DNA of 60,535 bases from assembly GCA_003551675.1 (NCBI GenBank), contig PUNG01000152.1, positions 71,377 through 131,911 of the forward strand, written 5' to 3'. This document shows positions 18,354 to 25,808 of the stretch, piece by piece (position 1 is the first letter of the stretch; the number at the start of each line of letters is the position of its first letter). This stretch comes from Thermoplasmata archaeon (lineage in GTDB: Archaea > Thermoplasmatota > Thermoplasmata > Halarchaeoplasmatales > Halarchaeoplasmataceae). A program made the translations under genes and the position numbers. Below the pieces are notes generated by a model. It was not told where the DNA came from. It ran no database searches and worked only from the letters and a program-made list of their open reading frames with translations.

Positions 18354-18860
18354 ATGAGAGAGTTAAAACGATCTGAAGATGGAGTGATGGATTATCCATT
18401 TAGACTATTGATCATATCCATCGTGCTGGTCATAGCTATACCAACGATGCTTTCGGCTTTATCTCACTACCGCACGAGGAGTGCAGAAGAGCAGCTCTCT
18501 CAAGAAGCGAACCAGATCGCATCGGCGGTGGAAAGTGTTTACATACAAGGTGTGAACGCAAGCACCAGTTTAGAAATAAATCTGCCTGAGGATACAGAGC
18601 ATTTGAAGGTTGGTGCTCCTCTATCTAGATCAGTTCATACTAGAGCTATTTATTATCAACTCAGGGGACAACCCGAGGACTCTATCCTTGTGACCCATGG
18701 TCTTCGAGGCATCCCTATGACTTCTCCACACAATGACACCCTTATAATACCCGAAGGCAGACACAGAATTTTGATGGTGAAAAGACAAGCAGACTTTGAT
18801 ATAACCGGTGATGGAGTCGCAGGCGATTACTTTGTTGAGATCGACGTGATGGAGTGGTAG
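18354..18860 (+). CDS. Pilin-like protein (putative class III signal peptide)
   Basis: The N-terminus MRELKRSEDGVMDYPFRLLIISIVLVIAIPTML is a short charged leader ending in G followed by a hydrophobic helix. The gene lies in the pilus-like locus, with its stop 1 nt before the next start. Confidence 0.65.
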   Translation: MRELKRSEDGVMDYPFRLLIISIVLVIAIPTMLSALSHYRTRSAEEQLSQEANQIASAVESVYIQGVNASTSLEINLPEDTEHLKVGAPLSRSVHTRAIYYQLRGQPEDSILVTHGLRGIPMTSPHNDTLIIPEGRHRILMVKRQADFDITGDGVAGDYFVEIDVMEW

Positions 18861-18861
18861 T

Positions 18862-19377
18862 ATGCTGGATTGGGCCCTCTCAAAGGTGTTTATATCTATA
18901 TTTACCATGGGCATAGTAGTTTTCTCTATATTCGTTTTTTCCGCTGCTAGAGATGATCTAGGAGAAACCCAGTTAGAGAATATATCCAAAGAAATATCTT
19001 CTCGAGTAAATGAACTGTCCAATACGTACTCTAACTCATCAGTTTACTTCACATTCAGAGAGAACGCTTCCGCTATCGAACTACCTTCGGACATGGATGG
19101 AGATGAATATGATATCCGGATCAGTTCTGACAGTGTTACTGTCCAGATGGATGGAAAACTGGCTTCTTCAGATATTCGCGCCGAAGATGCAAGCAGGGTT
19201 CACCTGTGGCACCCTGACAAAATAAATTATACTACGAATCAAACGGAATTAGAAGAACTCGATAACGAGAACAGGTTTTTAGATGTGGTTTCTGGAGAGG
19301 GATTCAGAGTGGTCAGGACAGAACTGATAGTTAACGGCGAGATCGAATACCACACCTTTATCTTTGAAGATTATTAG
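18862..19377 (+). CDS. N-terminally anchored small protein, paralog of CDS 44988..45515
   Basis: N-terminal TM is VFISIFTMGIVVFSIFVFSA. The blocks DGDEYDIRIS...VQMDG...VHLWHPD correspond to NGDPYDMEIT...LKQDG...IHLWEPG in the 175-aa protein at 44988. Confidence 0.65.
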   Translation: MLDWALSKVFISIFTMGIVVFSIFVFSAARDDLGETQLENISKEISSRVNELSNTYSNSSVYFTFRENASAIELPSDMDGDEYDIRISSDSVTVQMDGKLASSDIRAEDASRVHLWHPDKINYTTNQTELEELDNENRFLDVVSGEGFRVVRTELIVNGEIEYHTFIFEDY

Positions 19378-19436
19378 AGGATGGTAGAAGCATACTCTGC
19401 GTAGTGTATACTCTTGTCTAAGCGAGTTTTCAGTTC

Positions 19437-22400
19437 CTACTCTCTGAGGCAAAAAATGTTTTCGTAGATGTGATATTGATCAACATATGTTTTTTCTTCT
19501 TCATCATCCAACACGGTTCTACCTAATTCTGCTGTAAAGAAGTCCGCTTTTCTTCCGATCCCTATGGAAGGTTCTGCCGATGCCCACCAAGCAAAGTTTC
19601 CTCTGGTGTAGTTTCCTTCAGGACCTATTATTTCAAAAGAATAATTGTTCAACATGTTTTCATCGGTCCGTGTGAAAAGAGAGGGTGCGGGAGAATTAAT
19701 TCCTAGATTTCTACCCACGAAACGTATGTCGTTGATGAATAGTCTAACATACTCGATCATTTCGTTCTGAGTGGTACTGTTTGTCCAGTAGATGAAGCGC
19801 CTCTGCTGTAAGGAGGAATAAGATTCATTGACATGGAAATAGAAACCTATCTCATCCAGTTCTTGGAACAACTCAGGCTCTTTGTACAGTTCTTCATGCA
19901 TCTCTTTCAAAAGATCCTTGGTGAAATGAATAAAGCCATCATAAGAGTTGTTCTTGTCTTCCAAAGCAGCGGTGAACCAATCCTCCACTTCCACCGGTAG
20001 TTCTCCTCCTCTTGTTTTTATACCTACGTCTACAGAATGATTATAACCTAGGTTGGGAAGTTTGATATTGGTGAAATAGTCCTCTTCGACATCGTATAGA
20101 CTGATCTCATGGGCTGAGAGTCTCTCCGGAGGATAAAACAATTCAAAACTGAAATTATCCAGCGTTGTGTTTTTATATGCCTCTATCACTACGCGTTCAT
20201 CCCGGTTTGGATCGACTTCGATCTTTAGGTCAGTGTTTCCAAAACGTTGGGCGGTATAACTGAATTCCTCTTCACCCAGCTCAAACACGATCTCCGTCCG
20301 ATTACTTTTATAAGTCGGACTCAGTATATCTTCTTCAAGGTCGACACTTAGATCGAATCCCATGGAAGGATATTCAAACACGCTTTTTTCTACTCCGTCA
20401 GGTAGTGCCGTATCCAATATGTTGTTTTTTTCTTTCTCTATAAACTCAAAATAAGCGGTATCGTTGTAGGTATCATAATATATATTGTCTATGGTACTCA
20501 TCAAACTGGTCAGATCCGAACTGGTATGATCTGCATCGGCTAGAGCCGAGTGAGTACCTCCTCTTAGATGCGCACGGACGGAATTTAGAGTGTTAGTAGA
20601 CCTAGATAACACATCAGTTTTTGCCTGGGTTAGGTTCATCAAAGGTCTCGAAACATAGATGGCTTCTTCTTTCAAAGGTTTCCAAACATCTTTAGTGTAG
20701 TCTAGATCCAACGGTTCTTCCTCCTTTAACTCAAAATAACTCCTAGTCATCTGATAGTTCACATCATTGGTTAGCCAACCGGATTCAAGCGGCCAGGCGG
20801 TATGTATCGGCAGAGTGTAGTTGTAATCCAGTTCCAATGTTCCGTTGTACCAGGTTGATCTGTGGACGCCAACAGGTATGTTTCTGCGGGAAGTGGTGGT
20901 ATTGACCCCAAGAGTTCCCTGTATAGAAACATTAAGTGCTGTTTGAAATGAACTCCACGACATGTTAGTCCTCAATTCCGGTTCTTCCGCATATCTTCCC
21001 TGCACGTCCACGAAATGTTGACCCTTTTTTGGATATTCTATATCTATGGTGAGATTGTCTCCATCTTCTTCAAGATACTCGGAAAATTCAACATGGTAGG
21101 TTTCATTGAGGACTCTCTGCCGTTGCTCGTCGTAGGTGCGGTTGACACGCCAATTGTATCGCGGCTGGGTTGAGTCCGTGGCTAAAAAGAGCTCCTCTTG
21201 ATTGACATAAGTGTTCCTGTGTATGTCACGCAAAGTTGTTTCTTGTAGTTTATGCTGAAGCCAGCCGTTCTCCTGAGAGAGGTTCAACAGCATGTTCTCT
21301 CTCTCGTTCTCATGGCCGATGCTTCTCACAGCGATATGCTCTAAAACAAAATCATAAAAATTTCCTTCCCCCACGCGTTCTCCTTCGTATTCGCCCACAT
21401 CCGTGGTTTCGTCCATATCTTCTTTTAATTCCTGCGTGATCTGGTCTTCTGAAAGCAGACCATGTTCACCGACGACTTCTTCCGTGGCCTCTCGTATATC
21501 CTCCCATAGTCTGTCCCAGATGGCCTGATCGTGCCAGGTTGTCTGTGCATCAGTGGGGATTATCGAGTTTCTATAATTTAAGCACTGGGGGCAGGCCCAA
21601 CAAGGTTGTCCTATCGTGGTCTCCCAAGCTTCGTCTAAAAACGACTGTCTTCTTGGTATAGCTATATCTCTTACTCTTTGATTGACGTCTTTCATGGCAT
21701 CCTGGCGGAAAGAGAAAGTACCTTGGGAAGATTCGCCGTCACTGCGCTGCTCTTCTTCAGGTGGTTCTAACGAAACCGTTCCTTCAGGATTACCCTCCCT
21801 TTCCACTCCTCCGTCGTATAGGTTGACCACGGCTTCATACCAAAGGTCTACGGTCTCGCTGGTCAAGTGGTAAAGAAAATCATCTTCGTATTCTCTTTTA
21901 TAAGCACCTTCGCCCCACCATTCGTCCCTTTGATAAAAATCATCCGTTATCTCTTCAAATTCATTTATAGCTTCGTTGATGGGTCCTTCTTCTTCAGAGA
22001 TCATGTATTCAGTACCGTTCATCAACATGGATCTATTATCTTCTGGATCTATATCTATGTCGAATTCTTTCGTGCCAACCATCTCGGCCATATCATGACT
22101 TATGGTATCCATGAAACCTTTTTCTTCTACGTCATCGATATCTTCCGAACGCTGTCTTACACTGCGATTGATGGTTTCAAGTATATATTCTAGAGTGTCG
22201 TAGTAAGGCGTATTTCTTCCTTGATCGTACCTGGCGATGAAAGACTCCTGGACCAAATAATATTCTATGGATCTAGCAGGTACACTACTGAAATCATCAT
22301 CAAAGTGTAGAACATAAGTTTCAGGATCAAGGTCGTTGTTTTCAGGATCTCCGAGTATTAGGTCTATGGTATCAGGCACCTCGTCGGACTCCATCTCCCA

Positions 22401-23762
22401 ATTACCTTGCTGATGATTCGGACCCACACTGAACACCCAATAATGCCCTCCAACGGGTCGAGGAGGTTCTGTAGAATGACATTCCCATATGTAATCTGAT
22501 CCGTATTCTGTCGCCGAAGTTCTAGAATGCATTTTCCTTATCTCAGTACTAGCCTCCTGGGCGTCGAGACTTTCTGGTATGTCCAACCAGTCTCTGTACA
22601 CCTCCAACCAGGTCCTCACCTGCTTTTCGGCCCATTCCTCTCCCTTCTCTTCCATGGCCTCCCAGTCCACCACCGGTTCGGAGAGCGTAGGATCAACTAT
22701 CTCATCTCCCCAGAACAGTTCGTAGAGATCCAAAACAAAATCTTCGCCGAAGGGATAGATCGCTTGAGCCAAAACCTTCCCTGCATCGACTTCCTGCTCT
22801 TTTATGTTTTGGTACATCAGGAAAACGTCGGCTGCATCTATAGTGCCGTTTTTAGTGTAATTTTCGAGCATGGAATCCACGCCCATTTTCTCTGCAATAT
22901 CTTCATCGTAATCACCGTAAAGTCTAGAGGCTTCCAGCAGTAAAGCCAAGTTCACAGCTATCTCCACATCTTCTTTAGTCAACAAACTTTCTATATCCCC
23001 CTCGTTCTCCCCGTAACCACCGCTGGCGTTGCCGAAAAGAGTTCTGGTCTGGGTTATGGTAGATAACTGATATCTTATCAATTTGCCCACTTCACCAAAG
23101 GGATCCCGAGATTCTCCTTTGAACTCCTCGAATCGACCTTTCAAGTAAAAGATAGGAGAGTATACGTTCTCGTGGAATTCTTTGTTATAAGTCACGTTGT
23201 GTCCCGAGGCTTCGCTGTAAACCGACATCTTCAGTTCGCCCATAACTCTTCCATAGAGCGGGGTTTTCTGTTCTCCATAGGAGCTGCGGTTAGTATGATC
23301 CCCTTCCTCTAACGGAGAAGCTTGGAACGGTTCTATTGTTTCATCTTGAGGATAAAACTGATCGTTAGTTTGCTGCGTATCTCTCACGTCCGATACTATG
23401 CTTATGGACCAATCATCTAGGTAAACTATACTGTTCCTTGCTCTTGAGGGGTAGGTATTGTTGATATACTCCTCAAAAGATTCTTCCACAGTCGTTTGAA
23501 GCGTAGACATATCAGGGTCCCGCTCTTTGGTCAACCCATGTATCTCCTGGAGTACTAGATGATGTGCTCTCGTAGAGAGATCATTTTTTGCCTCTGCAGC
23601 AGCTTCAGAAGTCTGTCTATTGGGGTTGTATATAGAGACGTCTCTGCCCGATTCATCGATCTGTCCCACCATGGCAAAAGCTATGGTCGAAAGTAAAATT
23701 AGAACCACACCTATCAATGCAAAGGGTATCTTCCCACGGTCATCCATCATTATTTCTCGCAA
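19437..23762 (-). CDS. Giant (1441 aa) N-terminally anchored, probably extracellular glycoprotein of unknown function; paralog of CDS 45512..50905
   Basis: An uninterrupted 4.3-kb ORF. GAGGT lies about 6 nt upstream of the TTG at 23762, and there are ATGs at 23750 and 23747. The N-terminus is DDRGKIPFALIGVVLILLSTIAFAMV. Many N-x-S/T sequons are visible by eye. Two collinear blocks are shared with the 1797-aa protein: PIFYLKGRFEEFKGE / NFFLMAERMENFRLE and EIAVNLALLLEASRLYGDYDED / QAIVELALLLEQARVFRSYDEE. Confidence 0.85.
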   Translation of the reverse strand: MREIMMDDRGKIPFALIGVVLILLSTIAFAMVGQIDESGRDVSIYNPNRQTSEAAAEAKNDLSTRAHHLVLQEIHGLTKERDPDMSTLQTTVEESFEEYINNTYPSRARNSIVYLDDWSISIVSDVRDTQQTNDQFYPQDETIEPFQASPLEEGDHTNRSSYGEQKTPLYGRVMGELKMSVYSEASGHNVTYNKEFHENVYSPIFYLKGRFEEFKGESRDPFGEVGKLIRYQLSTITQTRTLFGNASGGYGENEGDIESLLTKEDVEIAVNLALLLEASRLYGDYDEDIAEKMGVDSMLENYTKNGTIDAADVFLMYQNIKEQEVDAGKVLAQAIYPFGEDFVLDLYELFWGDEIVDPTLSEPVVDWEAMEEKGEEWAEKQVRTWLEVYRDWLDIPESLDAQEASTEIRKMHSRTSATEYGSDYIWECHSTEPPRPVGGHYWVFSVGPNHQQGNWEMESDEVPDTIDLILGDPENNDLDPETYVLHFDDDFSSVPARSIEYYLVQESFIARYDQGRNTPYYDTLEYILETINRSVRQRSEDIDDVEEKGFMDTISHDMAEMVGTKEFDIDIDPEDNRSMLMNGTEYMISEEEGPINEAINEFEEITDDFYQRDEWWGEGAYKREYEDDFLYHLTSETVDLWYEAVVNLYDGGVEREGNPEGTVSLEPPEEEQRSDGESSQGTFSFRQDAMKDVNQRVRDIAIPRRQSFLDEAWETTIGQPCWACPQCLNYRNSIIPTDAQTTWHDQAIWDRLWEDIREATEEVVGEHGLLSEDQITQELKEDMDETTDVGEYEGERVGEGNFYDFVLEHIAVRSIGHENERENMLLNLSQENGWLQHKLQETTLRDIHRNTYVNQEELFLATDSTQPRYNWRVNRTYDEQRQRVLNETYHVEFSEYLEEDGDNLTIDIEYPKKGQHFVDVQGRYAEEPELRTNMSWSSFQTALNVSIQGTLGVNTTTSRRNIPVGVHRSTWYNGTLELDYNYTLPIHTAWPLESGWLTNDVNYQMTRSYFELKEEEPLDLDYTKDVWKPLKEEAIYVSRPLMNLTQAKTDVLSRSTNTLNSVRAHLRGGTHSALADADHTSSDLTSLMSTIDNIYYDTYNDTAYFEFIEKEKNNILDTALPDGVEKSVFEYPSMGFDLSVDLEEDILSPTYKSNRTEIVFELGEEEFSYTAQRFGNTDLKIEVDPNRDERVVIEAYKNTTLDNFSFELFYPPERLSAHEISLYDVEEDYFTNIKLPNLGYNHSVDVGIKTRGGELPVEVEDWFTAALEDKNNSYDGFIHFTKDLLKEMHEELYKEPELFQELDEIGFYFHVNESYSSLQQRRFIYWTNSTTQNEMIEYVRLFINDIRFVGRNLGINSPAPSLFTRTDENMLNNYSFEIIGPEGNYTRGNFAWWASAEPSIGIGRKADFFTAELGRTVLDDEEEKTYVDQYHIYENIFCLRE

Positions 23763-23829
23763 AATTATACCTCTTTCTAAGTGATATAGTGTTTTTAAGA
23801 TTATTTATATATTCCGCTATTTTCGTACA

Positions 23830-24360
23830 TCAGGCTAACCAGATCCTCAGATTGGCGGTATAGGTTTTGTTATCGTCTGGCGTATGAAGTTCTTGAGACG
23901 CTGAGAAAACCTCTTCTCTACCCTCAACTGGCTGACCAAAGTTGAAAGAAGCGTTACCAGAAGACCAGGCGGTGAAGTTAAAATCATATTGAGGATGGAT
24001 CAATCGTTGTAAGGATTCGTTGAGAGGGCTCTCTATACCTTCTATTAAACTCTTGTTCTCCACATCGGTATTATCTCTCAGATATAGATTTTCAACGATC
24101 AGTTCCGAGGTCGTTTTATCGTCTAAGTGGATAGTTTCGTTCTCGTATTCATAAGAAGTGCGGCTCAGTGTCGAATGTAGGAATGAATCCAATGTACTTT
24201 CCCCGTAAACTCTCATGGATTCCTTTGCTTCTGGTGAGCTAGAAGGGAAGGAAACAAAGGCTAAGATCAAAGACCCTATCATCGCGATGCTGAAGAAGAT
24301 AAGCGCGTCTATTAAACTAGACTGTCCTTCATCTGAACGGGTCAATCTATTCATCTCCAC
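23830..24360 (-). CDS. Pilin-like protein with a class III signal peptide-like N-terminus
   Basis: MEMNRLTRSDEG|QSSLIDALIFFSIAMIGSLILAFV is a charged leader with a G-Q junction followed by a hydrophobic helix. The gene overlaps the upstream gene by 10 nt. Confidence 0.7.
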   Translation of the reverse strand: MEMNRLTRSDEGQSSLIDALIFFSIAMIGSLILAFVSFPSSSPEAKESMRVYGESTLDSFLHSTLSRTSYEYENETIHLDDKTTSELIVENLYLRDNTDVENKSLIEGIESPLNESLQRLIHPQYDFNFTAWSSGNASFNFGQPVEGREEVFSASQELHTPDDNKTYTANLRIWLA

Positions 24361-24839
24361 ACCTCCACTCTCATCCTAGCAGTGTGTACCTCGTTGGTAT
24401 CTACGACTATATTTACTGAAAGATAGATCACTTTCCTTCCTTCCTGGTAGTCCTCCGCGGTGAAATTGTGTTCTGGTTCTCTCGACCAAGTTTGGTTGTA
24501 TCTGACGGAGTAATTGCTCACATCGGTGATCTCGACTCGATAAAAGAAGTCTGGATAATTTAAAGACCGTGTAAGGTTTTCAGATTCGAGCCCTTGGATC
24601 TTCGTGGCATCGAATCGACCCACTTCGCCTTCGTGGAGAAGTAGAGGTGAGGATCTAACGGCGTCGGCGAACTCTAAAGCTTCTCTTTCAAAATCTGAGA
24701 TAGATGTTTTTTGCTCGTGTCTGCCTATAGCTGAATATATGCTAGCTAAAAATATCACGGTAGCTACTACGACTATAAGAAGGGCAGGAACGTCTTCGTA
24801 AAAACCCACGACACCTTTGTCGTCCATTTTTCTTTTCAT
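24351..24839 (-). CDS. Pilin-like protein (start trimmed to ATG at 24839)
   Basis: From M94 of the track ORF the sequence reads MKRKMDDKGVVGFYEDVPALLIVVVATVIFLASIY, a charged leader plus a hydrophobic helix. The upstream 93 codons overlap cyanophycinase on the opposite strand and look non-coding. A TATA-like CTTTTATATG lies about 24 nt upstream (24858-24867, minus strand). Confidence 0.65.
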   Translation of the reverse strand: MKRKMDDKGVVGFYEDVPALLIVVVATVIFLASIYSAIGRHEQKTSISDFEREALEFADAVRSSPLLLHEGEVGRFDATKIQGLESENLTRSLNYPDFFYRVEITDVSNYSVRYNQTWSREPEHNFTAEDYQEGRKVIYLSVNIVVDTNEVHTARMRVEVWR

Positions 24840-24987
24840 GTTTCTCTGACTACAAAGCATATAAAAGGGGTTCCAAATATAAATCTTTCTCACAGACATA
24901 CTGTAAAGACATTTAGCCAAAACACTTGGTTTAGTTGCGAAAAGTTCAAATCGAAGTGATATATCTTTTAAATAAAAGAGGTCGTAT

Positions 24988-25806
24988 ATGTCCAAAGGTC
25001 TTTTGATAACCATCGGAGGCAATATAGGTTGGTCTGAAAGCAATCCCATACTGATGGAAATCTTTGAAAAGGCTGATGAATTCGATGAAGGTAAACCCAA
25101 CATAGGGATATTACCCATCGCTAGTCAGGAACCTGATAAGAGTGCAAAGAGATATTCCGACATATTCAAAAAATTGGGTGCGGATAGCACGGTTTTGAAC
25201 CCGGAAAATAGGTCTGAAGCCAATAGTACAGAAATCGCCACAAAGGCTTCAGAAGTGGACGCTTTCTTTTTTACCGGTGGAACACAACTCAGGATAACGA
25301 CTTTATTAGGGGGGACGGAATTGTTGGCTACCATCAGAAAAAAACACGATCAAGGGACTTTGATATCCGGAACCAGTGCCGGCTCGGTATGTATGGCCGA
25401 TCTCATGATATCATTCGGAGAGAGCGAAAACGCATTGATGACAGGTGTAGTAGAATTGACCCGCGGTCTAAATTTTATTCCGAATGTGGTGTTGGATACG
25501 CATTTTACTGTTAGGGGTAGGTTTCCCAGACTTGTACACGTGGTCGTAGAAAATCCGGTGAGTTTAGGTGTCGGTCTTGGAGAAGATACCGCCTCCGTTT
25601 GGGACATCGAAAAAAAAGAATTCAGAGTGATAGGAAGCAGGAACATAGTAGTGATCGACGGTAAAAATATTACGCATACTAACGTATCTGAGATCAAAGC
25701 CGATGAACCCCTTCACGCTGAAGGGATCACGGTACACATTTTATCTGATGGATGTGCTTTCGACCTTGCTGAGAGAAAACCTTGGTTCCCTGAAAACCAC
25801 CATTGA
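24988..25806 (+). CDS. cphB: Cyanophycinase (peptidase S51)
   Basis: LITIGGNIG..., FFFTGGTQLRI and the nucleophile motif ISGTSAGSVCMAD are typical of cyanophycinase. No signal peptide is evident. AGAGGT lies 5 nt upstream of the ATG. The gene is convergent with cyanophycin synthetase. Confidence 0.85.
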   Translation: MSKGLLITIGGNIGWSESNPILMEIFEKADEFDEGKPNIGILPIASQEPDKSAKRYSDIFKKLGADSTVLNPENRSEANSTEIATKASEVDAFFFTGGTQLRITTLLGGTELLATIRKKHDQGTLISGTSAGSVCMADLMISFGESENALMTGVVELTRGLNFIPNVVLDTHFTVRGRFPRLVHVVVENPVSLGVGLGEDTASVWDIEKKEFRVIGSRNIVVIDGKNITHTNVSEIKADEPLHAEGITVHILSDGCAFDLAERKPWFPENHH

Positions 25807-25808
25807 GA

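Noticed and set aside
19437-23762. Zincin protease (HExxH), VWA or other enzymatic motifs in the two giant proteins
   Set aside because: Scanning by eye found no HExxH or comparable catalytic signature. There are only isolated Cys pairs (for example CWACPQC in the 1441-aa protein), so no enzymatic call was made.
24840-25118. N-terminal 93-codon extension of track ORF 24351..25118
   Set aside because: It overlaps the cyanophycinase gene on the opposite strand and has no pilin-like or otherwise coherent sequence. The internal ATG at 24839 gives a typical charged-leader/hydrophobic N-terminus and has a TATA-like box upstream.
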